Below are positions 1 through 13,175 of a stretch of DNA of 64,000 nt, piece after piece (position 1 is the stretch's first letter; each line of letters opens with the position of its first letter). Both the position numbers and the translations under genes were made by a program. The notes under the pieces are model-generated. The model made no database searches. It had not been told where the DNA came from and saw nothing but the letters and a program-made list of their open reading frames with translations. Source of the DNA: Holophagae bacterium (GTDB lineage: Bacteria > Acidobacteriota > Holophagae > Acanthopleuribacterales > Acanthopleuribacteraceae); the NCBI GenBank assembly GCA_030429565.1, contig JAUIFE010000004.1, positions 158,848-222,847 on the forward strand. Reading direction: 5' to 3'.

Positions 1-154
1 AGGGGCGTTCTTACGCGTGTCGTGTGATTTTTTAAACGTCGCCGTCCCAAAAGTACCGCTGGGTGGACGTCAAAGCTTTGGCGGCCAAGCCTTGATTGCA
101 TGCGTCCACGGTTCGCGTTAAGATGCCGCAACATCATAAAAAAAAGGAAAACAG

Positions 155-610
155 ATGCGTTTATGGGGTTTGTGGTTGCTGGTAATGGGTGGTGCAGTTT
201 GGGCCGGTGATGCCGACTTGACCGATGAACAGAAAATTCGCGCGCTCAACCAAACCTATTTGGCAACCCTTAAAGCCGGTGATCTCGACGGTCACTTGGC
301 GTTGTTTTGTGACGATGCCGAAGTCTATTTTCCCGGGCAAGCGCCCCTATTCGGCGCAGAGGCGATTAAATATGCGCGAGCTGAAAATTTGCGTTTGGTT
401 CGCCTGGTAAACGGCGCGATTCACACGGATCGCCTCGATATTGACGGAGGCACCGCCTATGCGCGTGGCCGCTTTAGCTACACCTTGCAGCGCTTGGATC
501 AAGATCGCAAGACATGGAGCTATAGTGGCTTATTTGTGCTGATCCTCAAGAAACAGGCCGACGGTTCGTGGCGAATTAAGGTGGACGGCGGTTTCCCGTC
601 GCCCGAATAA
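155..610 (+). CDS. NTF2-like (SnoaL/DUF4440-type) small secreted protein
   Basis: 151-aa ORF; AAGGA RBS 6-7 nt before ATG 155; hydrophobic N-terminus (MRLWGLWLLVMGGAVWA) looks like a signal peptide; size and motif pattern typical of ketosteroid-isomerase/SnoaL-like fold proteins. Confidence 0.5.
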   Translation: MRLWGLWLLVMGGAVWAGDADLTDEQKIRALNQTYLATLKAGDLDGHLALFCDDAEVYFPGQAPLFGAEAIKYARAENLRLVRLVNGAIHTDRLDIDGGTAYARGRFSYTLQRLDQDRKTWSYSGLFVLILKKQADGSWRIKVDGGFPSPE

Positions 611-1069
611 GCTGTAGCCAGGGGTGAGCGCACGTTTGAAAAGCGCGGGTCTGGATAAACAATGCGGGATAATTTTTAATCCTCGCTTTTTGGCTCATAA
701 CAGCAAGGTAAACAAAGGCTTAGCCGACTAGTTGGCTAACAATATTCCGGCCACTGCCGTGATTGGCTTATGGTTTCGGTGTCTTCCGACCACCATGCCT
801 GAAAAATTTTTAAGCCTTCGGTGTCGCCCATCCGATACTTATTGATAGGTTTCTTGTTCCATTGGAGATTTACCGCAAGCAAGCCACTTTATCGTTGTTC
901 AGGCACTTGGCTCATGTGGTGAATTTCATCGCGTGCCTTTGCCTTTTGCTGTTTCATTTTTAACCCGCTTTTTCGCCCTGCCAACCACTGACCCAACGAC
1001 CGGTTCCACCGGTCCCTTGATGAAATGACATGTGACCCCAGGGTTGGGGTCGTCCTGGGGGAGGTACCT

Positions 1070-1648
1070 GTGAACCCTAAACTGTTGTTATTCTTGATTT
1101 GTGTTGGCGGCTGGAGCTGCCTTTTTGCTCAGGAGCAAGTGACCGTTCAGACTGAAGTTGCCAAAGAAGTACGGCCGTTTGTGTTTTGGATGGAGAAGAT
1201 GGTGGAAGACCGCGAAGGTCGGCCGGTTGTAAAGGTCCAGTTCAAACGTGTGTTGCTGAAAGACGGCCAGTTCCACTCTGAGTTACGCTTATCGAAAGAC
1301 GACCGCAGCGAACTCTTTTATTTCCTCAAAGAAAACTTTCGTTTGTATCGCGGCAACGGCCAGATGGGCGTTTTTAAGTACCGTGTTTTAAAAGGGAAAG
1401 AGAAACCGAAACGGGGTGGCATTTACCTGGCGGCGATTCCGATGGACAACGATTCGCTGTTGTCATCGCTGCGTGAGGAAGTGACCGATGACGCTGATCT
1501 ATTTGCTCTGTTGGAAATGGATGTGTCCTCCGCGATGGAAACTACCGAGAAAGAAGACCACGTTAACGACGCCTTAGAGAAAGCCAAAAGCACTGAAAAA
1601 GATTTGCTAAACCAACGTGAAATTAACTTTTTTGTGGCGGTTAAATAA
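1070..1648 (+). CDS. hypothetical secreted protein
   Basis: ORF 1025..1648; preferred start GTG 1070, 6 nt after GGGGAGG (1057-1063); N-terminal hydrophobic stretch LLLFLICVGGWSCLFAQEQ; charged Lys/Glu-rich C-terminus; no recognised family. Confidence 0.45.
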   Translation: MNPKLLLFLICVGGWSCLFAQEQVTVQTEVAKEVRPFVFWMEKMVEDREGRPVVKVQFKRVLLKDGQFHSELRLSKDDRSELFYFLKENFRLYRGNGQMGVFKYRVLKGKEKPKRGGIYLAAIPMDNDSLLSSLREEVTDDADLFALLEMDVSSAMETTEKEDHVNDALEKAKSTEKDLLNQREINFFVAVK

Positions 1649-1659
1649 ATGCGTTTCCG

Positions 1660-2592
1660 CTACGACCAAGGCTGTTCGGTTTGAAAGGCTCCCAAGAGGT
1701 CATCGAGAAAAAGGCGGATTTTTGCGGCGGTGTGTACGGCGCTGGCGTAAAGTGCCAGGATTGGATAGACAGGTGGTTGCCAATCGGCCAAGACCACCTG
1801 TAACCGGCCTGCCGCCAAATCACGCGCCGCCAAAAACATGGGTAGCATGGCAATGCCTTTGCCGGCCAATGCCACTTCTTGCATCAGTAACCCATTGTTG
1901 GTGACAAAACAGGGCTGAATGCGCGCCGTTTTTGGCCCTAGTTGGGGGTGTTCAAGGCGCCAGTCGCGCCCTTCATCTAAGTATTGATAATGAATGATGT
2001 GGTGATGGTAAAGGTCTTCCGGGCGGGCCGGTGTGCCGAACTCGGCTAGGTAAGTGGGCGCGGCGACCAAGACCCGTCGCAAGGCGCCCAAGCGCCGGTA
2101 ACTCAGGTTGCCGCGTGCGCCCGGCTGATCCCATATGCTGATATCAAAACCCTCCTCGATCGGGTTGGGGTTGCGATCTAACAGCAGTAAGGTGATGCGC
2201 GTTTTGGGGTAACGTTTTTGAAAGTCACAAGCGATCGGACCGACGACGCGTGTGCCCAGCGAAGTGGGACAGCTAATGCGTAAACGACCTTCGGGTTCGT
2301 CGTCCTCGCGGCGAACGGCCCGTTCGGCGGCATTGACTTGTTCGAGGATTTCACGGCAAAAATCATAATAGCGTCGACCCGCTTCGGTGGTGTGGACGAC
2401 CCGTGTGGTGCGTCGCAATAAGGGCACGCCCAGATGGGCCTCGAGTTGGTCGACGCGTTTGCTGATGACCGATTTTGATAAACCCAGACGACGGGCGGCG
2501 CTTGAAAAGCTGCGCTGGTCGGCGACTTCTACAAAGGCTTCCATGTTGGCGAAGCGGTCAACCACGGCGTCCTCCGGTATAAGTAACGTCAT
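1660..2592 (-). CDS. LysR-family transcriptional regulator
   Basis: N-terminal HTH (MEAFVEVADQRSFSSAARRLGLSKSVISKRVDQLE) plus LysR substrate-binding region; ATG placed at complement of 2590-2592 (MTLLIPED...); the longer ORF to 2748 looks like an upstream read-through; transcribed divergently from 2774..4236. Confidence 0.85.
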   Translation of the reverse strand: MTLLIPEDAVVDRFANMEAFVEVADQRSFSSAARRLGLSKSVISKRVDQLEAHLGVPLLRRTTRVVHTTEAGRRYYDFCREILEQVNAAERAVRREDDEPEGRLRISCPTSLGTRVVGPIACDFQKRYPKTRITLLLLDRNPNPIEEGFDISIWDQPGARGNLSYRRLGALRRVLVAAPTYLAEFGTPARPEDLYHHHIIHYQYLDEGRDWRLEHPQLGPKTARIQPCFVTNNGLLMQEVALAGKGIAMLPMFLAARDLAAGRLQVVLADWQPPVYPILALYASAVHTAAKIRLFLDDLLGAFQTEQPWS

Positions 2593-2667
2593 TCGATGTC
2601 GATTTTGCGGCCGCCTGGCTGCGAAGTCAATGGCCGGCCGCTTTTCAGGTTTCAACGCAACCGCGAT

Positions 2668-2718
2668 GGTAATCTGGTCGAGAATCGCTTGTTCCTTGCC
2701 TGGCTTTTGGGTAATCTG
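2668..2718. promoter_or_regulatory. 10-bp direct repeat GGTAATCTGG x2 in the LysR/target divergent intergenic region (candidate regulator-binding sites)
   Basis: identical decamers at 2668-2677 and 2709-2718 inside the 181-bp divergent promoter region between the LysR gene and the 2774 operon. Confidence 0.25.
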
Positions 2719-2773
2719 GCGATATTCCCGCCAACATACCGAACCCAACCGCCCTAGCTATTTGGAGGCGCGC

Positions 2774-3562
2774 ATGGAACGTTTTTACCTTGAAAAAATG
2801 GTCGAGGAGATCAACAGCGCCATGGCCGCCGCGCTCGAACGTTGTTTTGATCAATGGCTGAGCTTTTTTTGGGCCATGGATCGCGCGGTAGACGTCGGCG
2901 ATACCCATTTTAAAGTGCTGCGTTACGTCGCTGCTTTGGACGGCGCCTGCCCGGCGGCGCATCTGTTGGCGGTGCGCGAAAACCTGGATGAGGTGGCGCG
3001 GCGTTTTAGCGGTCAGGGCTATCGCTGTCACGTGCACATCGGCCACGATGATGGTGTGGTTCCAGACGTGGATGGTTACCAATTCGTCCTCCACTTATAT
3101 CTACTGGCCGACGGGCAAGATCACCTGGCCAACAAGTTACTTATCGCGAAGCTTTTAGAAGATCCCGAACAACAAGAGTCGGCTTTGCCGCCTTGGTTGC
3201 ACTACGATCAAGCACTGCCGTGGCGGTACGTGAGGGAAGCGGTGTTTTCCTTTTGCCAATTGTTTGTCTCCAGTGAGTTTCGCTTGCTCAGTGAGGTCCG
3301 TTTTTTTGAGGCCGCTTTTTGGCGTGTCGTCAACCTTGCCTGCAGCTATTTCCATCTGGAAACTTACGAAGCCTTGGTCGCCCTTTTACCGGCACGTTTC
3401 CAGCCGGCATGTTTAACGATTCCAGAAGAATGGCGCGCGCTTCGGGAACAGGAACGCGCCTTCCGCCGCGACGATTGGCACCAATGTTCGCGCAATAGCA
3501 TTCGCTTTGGGCTGCATTTACTGGCGATGGACGGTCGGTCACCGCGGGAGGCATTGTCATGA
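2774..3562 (+). CDS. hypothetical protein (first gene of a LysR-adjacent two-gene operon)
   Basis: ATG 2774 with GGAGG at 2764-2768; 262 aa; the longer ORF from 2387 runs antisense through the LysR gene and is rejected; stop overlaps next start (ATGA at 3559-3562). Confidence 0.6.
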   Translation: MERFYLEKMVEEINSAMAAALERCFDQWLSFFWAMDRAVDVGDTHFKVLRYVAALDGACPAAHLLAVRENLDEVARRFSGQGYRCHVHIGHDDGVVPDVDGYQFVLHLYLLADGQDHLANKLLIAKLLEDPEQQESALPPWLHYDQALPWRYVREAVFSFCQLFVSSEFRLLSEVRFFEAAFWRVVNLACSYFHLETYEALVALLPARFQPACLTIPEEWRALREQERAFRRDDWHQCSRNSIRFGLHLLAMDGRSPREALS

Positions 3563-4236
3563 TCCATGTTGCTGAATTGGCGCAGAAGTTGGTTGACGAC
3601 GGCTTCGTGCGCGCGGTGCGACGCTACAACCTGCGCAAGTTTTGTCGCGCCTTGGACTTGCCCGCCTGCGGTTTGTCCTTTTGGGTGGTCGACGATCTGA
3701 ATTATGATTACCTCAACGAACTCAACCAAAAGTTGCGCCATGATGCCTTTCGTTTTCAAGGGGGTAGTCGGTTTCCGCGCGCCTACCTCGACGACTGTGC
3801 CTATGGTGGGAAACGCCGCACCGAATTTATTTTTCTTACCGTCGATGCCGGCCGCTGTCATCCCTGGGGCGTGCTGTTGCAACGGTGTTTTGCCGATCAG
3901 GTGCGGGTATTTGGTGATGAAACCTGGTTTACCGATGCGACAAGCGACGGGGACGCCTTGTTGCGCGACCGCTTAAAAGTGCAGTTTGTTTTGGATTTAA
4001 TGCACTTCTCGCAAAAACCGGCGTTTCTGTCGGCCCTTGCCGAATTCCATTTGGGCCTGTTTTTGTTGACCTTGCCGGGTTTGTCCGGCGGCGCGACGAC
4101 GGCCGACCTGATTGAACGCGCCAAAGAACAATTACCGGAGCATCGCGCCCAACTGACGCGCATCAAAACGACGGCTGATGTCACGGCCCGCCTCGACGAG
4201 ATTTTGTACTTTATGAACCAGGTGGCGGTATCGTAG
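3559..4236 (+). CDS. hypothetical protein (second gene, translationally coupled)
   Basis: 225-aa ORF, 4-bp ATGA overlap with the upstream gene; protein-like composition; no recognised motif. Confidence 0.55.
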   Translation: MIHVAELAQKLVDDGFVRAVRRYNLRKFCRALDLPACGLSFWVVDDLNYDYLNELNQKLRHDAFRFQGGSRFPRAYLDDCAYGGKRRTEFIFLTVDAGRCHPWGVLLQRCFADQVRVFGDETWFTDATSDGDALLRDRLKVQFVLDLMHFSQKPAFLSALAEFHLGLFLLTLPGLSGGATTADLIERAKEQLPEHRAQLTRIKTTADVTARLDEILYFMNQVAVS

Positions 4237-4249
4237 CGGGAAGCCGGGT

Positions 4250-5002
4250 TCAGAAGGAAGCAGCGCCGGCGCCGCTGATCGCCAGTGTTTTTCGGTGTTG
4301 CACGTACACAGCGACAGCGCGTCGACTGGGGTGAAGGTTGGCGGGTAACCGAAGCGTGAGTGCTGTTTCATTGAGAGACAAGGGCTCGCGACGGAAGAGG
4401 TGGACGGCGTTGGCATGGTATAGGCGGCGGCCGCGATTTTCTCCGGTCTTTACCAGTTTGGGATCACGGTCGGCGATTAAGGCGATATTGACCCAATAAT
4501 CGGCGGGATCGAACGGTGCCGTGGTTTCGGTAAACCGCGCGACGGCCAGTTGCAAGTGCAGGGTTTGTGCTTCGCGACGTGGGTTGAGACGAAGCCGGAA
4601 AAGCGGTGCATTTTTGAGCGCACGGGCGATTTCGAGATCGCCGCGCCCGCGATCGGACCCCACAAAACCCGCGCGTCCGTTGACGAACATTTGCGGCGTG
4701 TAAACGCGGTGCGGTGCCAGGGTTTGGTTGTAGGCGCGCTGACGGTTAGAGAATGCTTTGTCGGCTAACGGATCACGCCAACCCAAATAATCCCAATAAT
4801 CGACGTGGAACGCGAGTGCCGGCACTTGATCCTCGCCGGTTGTGGCGAGGTGATTGAGATAGGCTTCGGCGGGCGGACACGAGGAACAACCCTCGGATGT
4901 GTATAGCTCCACGACGGCAAAGGGGCGCGTGCCGTCAAACCGGCTCAGATCGGCATTCGGTGCACCCATGAACACCAGGCTGATCCACAACATATTCGGC
5001 AT
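4250..5002 (-). CDS. DUF1223 family thioredoxin-like secreted protein
   Basis: N-terminal signal peptide; hallmark ELYTSEGCSSCPPAE (CxxC) motif typical of DUF1223; AAGGAG SD 6 nt before the start; immediately downstream of the TonB-dependent receptor on the same strand. Confidence 0.7.
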   Translation of the reverse strand: MPNMLWISLVFMGAPNADLSRFDGTRPFAVVELYTSEGCSSCPPAEAYLNHLATTGEDQVPALAFHVDYWDYLGWRDPLADKAFSNRQRAYNQTLAPHRVYTPQMFVNGRAGFVGSDRGRGDLEIARALKNAPLFRLRLNPRREAQTLHLQLAVARFTETTAPFDPADYWVNIALIADRDPKLVKTGENRGRRLYHANAVHLFRREPLSLNETALTLRLPANLHPSRRAVAVYVQHRKTLAISGAGAASF

Positions 5003-5052
5003 AACATCTCCTTCGTGTGGCGATGTTAGGTGAAACAGTGGGGAATATGGAT

Positions 5053-7053
5053 TTATTCGCGGGTGCGTTTGTTCCTTGCCAATTTAAAGCGGCCTTCAAC
5101 GGTGATGGTTGGCTCGGCATCGCCACTTGGCGATATACGACCGGGCTGCATGTTGGCAACATCGGCATGAAACACATCCTGACCCAGTATGTTGGCCAGC
5201 GTTACTTTAAAATCAAAGTGTGGCCAATGAAGATTGTAGGCAAGGTTGACCAAGTGATAGGCCGGTGCCGCTTCCTGCTCGTCGACAAAGCGCCACGATA
5301 AACCCAGTCGCGTGCTGTGGTCGACCTTGAGGCAGAGCCCCAAATCTGCGTTCCATCGCGGTGAAAACAAGGCGGCCGGATCATCGTCCAGCCGACGATT
5401 GCCGCTGTGGCTGTAGGCAACATTGGCAAACAGGCGGTGGCTGCCGACCAAATGCTGATAATCGAGCTCAAAACCGAAACGAGAGAAGTCGGTGCCGTTA
5501 AGGTAGACGGAACCGTTTTCGCCGTCGATGGGGGTGCGCAGGATAAAATTCTCGCCGCGCAAATGGTAGAGATTGGCCACGAAGATCCGCGTTGGGGTGG
5601 CGTAGTTGTAGGCGAGGTCGAAGGTTTTTACTTCCTCGGGTTGAAGCTGATCGTTGCCGCGCACAACGCCGGCGATATCGAGGCCGGTTTGAACGAAGTT
5701 AGGGCTGTTAAAGCCTTGTGATAGAAGAAACTTGAGCGAGGAAGCTTCGGAAAGGTGGTAAATGGCGGCAAGGCGCGGTTGGGTTTGCGCCATTTTTTGG
5801 CTGAGTTCGGTGTGGCGCAGTCCTACCAGGAGTCGCCAGGCGCCCAGGTAGGCGTCGACTTGGGTGAAAACGGCGGTTTCATCTTGGTGACCGGCACTCA
5901 TGGTAAGGATGGGGGCGAGGTCGGCGTCGCGTGGTATGTGGCGATAGTGGCCGGATTGGCGGTGCTCGTACTCAGCGCCGCCCTGTAGCGAAAGATTTTG
6001 ACCAAGCTGCCAGGTGAATCGCGTACCTAGCCGGGCGCGGTAGTTATCGCGGCCATGATCGTCGAAGACTTGAACGCCGTCGATGCGGCCGTCAAAGAGA
6101 TTGTCAGTGGGAATGGTCAGATAAAAGTTGTTGTAATCGCCGTAGGTCTCACAATCCCAGCGGGGACCGTACCAGCGTTTGTGGACATGGAGCAGCCAGC
6201 CGTCGTAATTGAGTTCCGATTGGTTGATGAGTCGGGCGGGTCCGGCCAAACCGGTCGAAGTAGATGAAAAGGCGTGGGCGAGAATGGTTAAATCATCATC
6301 GTAGGTCAGCTTGGCCATGACTGAACGGGCTTTGCGGCGACGGGTGATGGTGCCCTGCGACGGCGTTCCTGGTGGAAAAAATGAGGGTGGTGGGCGATGA
6401 CGAAATAAGCCTTGGTACCCGTTGTCATCGTAGAATTCGCCCGCGACTTGGGCGCGCCACAGGTTGTTCTGGAAGCGAATTTGGTGGAAAAAACCCAGCG
6501 CGCGTTGCCGGTGGGAACCGGTTGCGGCCGTCACTTGGGTATCGCCCTCGGTTTTGAGGACCACATTAATGACGGCGGCGGTGGCGTTGGTACCGTAAAG
6601 AACCGAGCCAGGTCCCCGAATAATTTCAATGTGACTCACGGCTGCTAAGGGAATACCGTGAAGCGGGTGGTCGCCGTGAGCGGCCTGCCAGTAAGGTACG
6701 CCGTCGAGCATGAACAACACTTTTTGATTGAAAAATTCATAAAGGCCACGCGCCATGAGGGTGGTGGTACCGATTTCCGTATCAATCGGAATCAAACCCG
6801 GGACCAGCGACAGCACCTCGACCAAATTATTGAGGCCCAGTTCTCGGTACTCGTCGACATCAATGCGGGAAACCACGGCCGGGGTACTGATGACATTTTC
6901 GGCGCGCAAGGCGGCCACCGACACATGAAGTTCGAGTAAATCCTTTAGAGCCAAGCCATGATCTTGCATATCAGTCGCCAGAGGCGAGGCCTCTTGGGCG
7001 CTCAGTCCTTCGGTGGCGACGATGATTAAAATCAAGAGGGACAGGGTCCGCAT
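5053..7053 (-). CDS. TonB-dependent outer-membrane receptor
   Basis: signal peptide MRTLSLLILIIVATEGLSAQE, plug-domain motifs (IEIIRGPGSVLYGTNATAAVINVV) and a 666-aa beta-barrel-sized body. Confidence 0.85.
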   Translation of the reverse strand: MRTLSLLILIIVATEGLSAQEASPLATDMQDHGLALKDLLELHVSVAALRAENVISTPAVVSRIDVDEYRELGLNNLVEVLSLVPGLIPIDTEIGTTTLMARGLYEFFNQKVLFMLDGVPYWQAAHGDHPLHGIPLAAVSHIEIIRGPGSVLYGTNATAAVINVVLKTEGDTQVTAATGSHRQRALGFFHQIRFQNNLWRAQVAGEFYDDNGYQGLFRHRPPPSFFPPGTPSQGTITRRRKARSVMAKLTYDDDLTILAHAFSSTSTGLAGPARLINQSELNYDGWLLHVHKRWYGPRWDCETYGDYNNFYLTIPTDNLFDGRIDGVQVFDDHGRDNYRARLGTRFTWQLGQNLSLQGGAEYEHRQSGHYRHIPRDADLAPILTMSAGHQDETAVFTQVDAYLGAWRLLVGLRHTELSQKMAQTQPRLAAIYHLSEASSLKFLLSQGFNSPNFVQTGLDIAGVVRGNDQLQPEEVKTFDLAYNYATPTRIFVANLYHLRGENFILRTPIDGENGSVYLNGTDFSRFGFELDYQHLVGSHRLFANVAYSHSGNRRLDDDPAALFSPRWNADLGLCLKVDHSTRLGLSWRFVDEQEAAPAYHLVNLAYNLHWPHFDFKVTLANILGQDVFHADVANMQPGRISPSGDAEPTITVEGRFKLARNKRTRE

Positions 7054-7953
7054 AAAGGATTCCTAATGCACAAAAGTTAAAGAGAAAACAGAGGATGAGG
7101 CACCGACCGGGGCCGCTCCGACCCGAGACCCAACCCCGCGGCGTTCTGGTGGGTCTGACAACCCTGGCGATGCAGCTCTACCTAGTGCGATTCATCCGAT
7201 GATTTTGACCAAAAAGGCCGCGAGTGATCGCGTAAATCGTGCTTTTCGGGGCTTAGGCCGGGAGACGATGGTTGGTCTGTGGACCGCGGGTGGATTCGAC
7301 AGGGAACGGCGTTCGGGTGGTTGAGGCCGGCAAGGTTCTCTTTTGGCGACAACCAGACTGGTGGCGGCCTCATATGGACCGAACAGGTAAAAGAGCGCGA
7401 GGTCGGCGAACGGCACGGCTTTAAAAAGCTGTCACATCCCCGCGAACAGGCACGTCAGTGAACTTGGAGAGTTATCCGTTGCGCTTTTTGTGTTCGCGGT
7501 TCTTTTCAAGCAGCGTACTCGTTTCTCAATGGCCATCGGCATTTTCTCAGATTTAATTAAAAAACCCGATTCGGTCTCGATCGTATCGTCATTGTGACCC
7601 GACCCTCGCGCAAACGGCTTAACTCGGCTAGACTAAAACCAAAAGTGAGCCATATGTGGCGGCGCAAACAGGCAATCAGTCGGCGTGCTTGGCGCCCGCA
7701 AAACGCGTCGCACGCTTCAAGTACGGCTTCGTTTTGGTCGGCCCCTGTCGTGCATGTCTTGCGCGATGTCCTCCACCTAAACCGTTCACTTTAGGTATGA
7801 TCATCATGTGTCTCGTTGTTTTGGCGTGCTGGGTTTCGGTTTCGGTGGGCCTGTCCTATCCCGACCGGGAATGCGTCGCCTTTTTTCATTTTTCTTATGA
7901 CCTGCTTTATGTTTTTTGCGCTTTTTAGAAACGCGCAATGATCGGAGTGATTC

Positions 7954-10518
<2,565 letters not shown>

Positions 10519-12014
10519 CGGAGGCTTGTGTTTTGGATTGCAAGGCGAAAAGCGCCGAAGGTGGCGATTGGGCGGCTTATTTTTCTTGGCTGGCCGAGCA
10601 AGGTTGTCGCTTTCCCTATATTCAGGTCGCGCTGCATGCCGACGGTGAACGGGCGTTGCGTGCCAAAAAAAGTTTTGACGGCAAAGACGAGATCGTTTTT
10701 GTACCGCGCAGCTTGATGATTACCCCTGGATTGGTTCACCAGTCGCCGTTGGGGGCCTTGCTCAAAGAACACGATGTGCAGTTACACTCGTCGCAAACGT
10801 TGATTGCTTTGTTCATTTTGGAAGAGAAACGGCGTGGCAACAGTTATTGGCAATTTTTTCTCGATCACTTGCCCGAGACCTACGATCACATCCCCGCCTA
10901 TTTTAGCGACGAACGCCTTGACGAGCTCAAGGGGTCGTTTACCTACCGGCCGATTCTCTACCGGCGCCAATTGATTCAGCGCGAATATGAAACTGTGCGG
11001 GACAAACTGGGGGCGGTGCGCGATTGGTCTTTCGAAGAAGTGCGTTGGGCCTTAACCGTGGTCAACACGCGCTGTTTTTCGCTGCCCAACGAAGAAGGCA
11101 AAGACGAACCGGTGGTGGTGCCTTTGGCCGACATGATGAATCACGGCGAACCGGCCAATGCTAAGTGGCGTTGTGATGAGCCGGGCGGCGGTTTGGTGAT
11201 TCGCGCGCGTGGGCCCATTGCCGCCGGCCGCCAAATCACGATTAGCTACGGTCAAAAAACCAAGGGGCGCTTTTTCGCCAGTTACGGGTTCTTCGATTTG
11301 AACAATGATCGTTGGCAGGCGGTATTGCCGATTCACATCGACAAAGACGATCCCTATTTTGGCGAAAAGCAGACCTTTGTGCACCGCCAGCAAGGGCCGC
11401 GATTTGCGCTGCATTACCGCCGTTATGAAAAGCTGGCGCGTGCGTTGCGTGCCGTGCGCTGCCTGTTGACCGATTGGCACGTCGCCTGGGAACGGCGCAT
11501 GGTGCTGGCCGGCAAGGTGGTTTCGCAGGAAAACGAACGCATGACGATGATGTATTTGGTCGGCCTTTGTCGCGATGCACTCGAAGCATTTCCACAGACC
11601 TTGGAAGAGGATCGCGCTCTGTTGTTGGACGAAACGCGTATGAGTCGATTGTCGCTACCCGAGCAGTCGGTAGTGCAGTTGCGCTGCTCCGAAAAACAGG
11701 TTTTAACGCGGGTTGCGGCCTTTGCGGCGAGTGTTGCCGACCTTTTAGAGGCCGACACCCAAGAGGTGTTGGAGGTCCTGGTTAAACCGGAGGCGGTCGA
11801 GGCCTGGCCACCTGCTTTGCGGCGCTGGTTCCAGTCGTGGTCGGAAGAAATGGTGCCGGTCTTGTTCGCAGAGAGTGGTTCGCGTCGGTTGGAAGAACCC
11901 CTGACGCGGCCCATGATTGGTGATGATGGTGAGGACGGCGACGAAGAGGCGATGCTGTCAGAGGATGCACCAAAATCGTCGGAAAAATGATGCGGGTGGC
12001 GTTGTTTGTCGCGC

Positions 12015-12914
12015 CTAAAAGATGAGCGCGATGCCGAGAATGACCACCAGCACGCCGACTAAGGCGCGCAGGCTAACGTGTTCGCCTTGCCACCAGGCAA
12101 TCGCCAAACCGAAGATGGGCGAGGTCACCAGCAGGGTTTGGGCGATACCGGCGCTGGTGTACTTGAGTGCGATCTGTTGCAGCCACAAACCGGCGTAGGT
12201 ACCAAGCAAGGTGGCACCGAGCAGCCACGGCCAAGGCTTGCCGGTTGCCGGCGCCACGCGCGCTGTTTGCCTCGGCTGTTTGCGCCGCAACGCGAACATG
12301 GGCAGTAGTGCGATGCCCGCCAGCAAACGGATCAGCGCGCTCCAGAGCGGGCCGACCTCGGTTTGGTTCAAGGCTGCGCTCGAAAGCACCGCGCCGCCGG
12401 CTTGAGCGCTCGCGGCCAGGGCGCCAAAGATAAAACCGGCTTTGGTCATGTGGCCGACGTGGGCGTTTTTGGGTGTCTGGCGCTCCATAATGACCCAGGC
12501 TATGCCGGCGGCGGCCACGCCGATGCCCAGCCACGCCCGTAACGGCAGGTGGTCTTTCAAAAAGAAAAAGGAGAGCAAGGCGGCAATCGGCGGCGCCAGG
12601 GTTTCCATGACCAAGGCATAACGAACACCGACGCGGTTGAGGCATTCGAAGAAGAAGGTATCACCTAAACCAATGCCCAGAGCGCCGCTGACCAGCAATA
12701 AAATCCAGGCTTTGGGCGGCACCGAAACCCACAATTCGCCGCCGAGGGCAAGGGTAAGGCCAATCATGGTCACGCCGATGAGTCCTTTGTACAGATTCAG
12801 TCGAACCGGTGAGTAGCTGTTGCCGAGTTTGCGGAAAAACAGGGCGGCCAGCGACCAAAAAGCGGCTGCGGCCAGGGCGGCGATTTCGCCGTGGTGGGCG
12901 TTGATGACATCCAT
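12015..12914 (-). CDS. EamA/DMT-family transporter (10-TM)
   Basis: 299 aa, two tandem 5-TM EamA-like halves, highly hydrophobic throughout. Confidence 0.8.
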   Translation of the reverse strand: MDVINAHHGEIAALAAAAFWSLAALFFRKLGNSYSPVRLNLYKGLIGVTMIGLTLALGGELWVSVPPKAWILLLVSGALGIGLGDTFFFECLNRVGVRYALVMETLAPPIAALLSFFFLKDHLPLRAWLGIGVAAAGIAWVIMERQTPKNAHVGHMTKAGFIFGALAASAQAGGAVLSSAALNQTEVGPLWSALIRLLAGIALLPMFALRRKQPRQTARVAPATGKPWPWLLGATLLGTYAGLWLQQIALKYTSAGIAQTLLVTSPIFGLAIAWWQGEHVSLRALVGVLVVILGIALIF

Positions 12915-13175
12915 GAAGGTCCCTCCGGCGCCGACACGGGGCGGCGACCATGGCGACTATACCGCAAAAACGCCAATGGCTTCATGGGTTTGCAGGAAGG
13001 CCGGGTAAAAGTCGCAAGGCTTTTAGGTGATTGTTGTTATATGGTAGTTCAAAATAATGTGAGGGCCCCGGCCGCGCGAGTTGCTTTTCAGGAATTTGCA
13101 AGGTTTGGTCGATAATCATTAAAGGACGGCTTGAGCCGTCGAGGCGATGCGGCAAGCTTAGGAATGAGATAGGTT

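Noticed and set aside
2387-2773. 5' extension of ORF 2387..3562 running antisense through the LysR gene
   Set aside because: No protein-like content, and it overlaps a well-supported gene on the other strand. ATG 2774 with GGAGG is the credible start.
7300-7420. Cobalamin riboswitch in the TonB-receptor leader
   Set aside because: Only loose resemblances to the B12-box. No consistent multi-stem structure could be assembled by eye.
12073-12645. 190-aa antisense ORF inside the EamA transporter gene, and similar antisense ORFs at 14355..14837, 19044..19628, 22844..23686, 31336..31743, 38214..38579, 43524..43955 and 45365..45796
   Set aside because: These are Arg/Pro/Gly-rich translations typical of the opposite strand of GC-rich genes. 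Each is fully contained in a strongly supported CDS.
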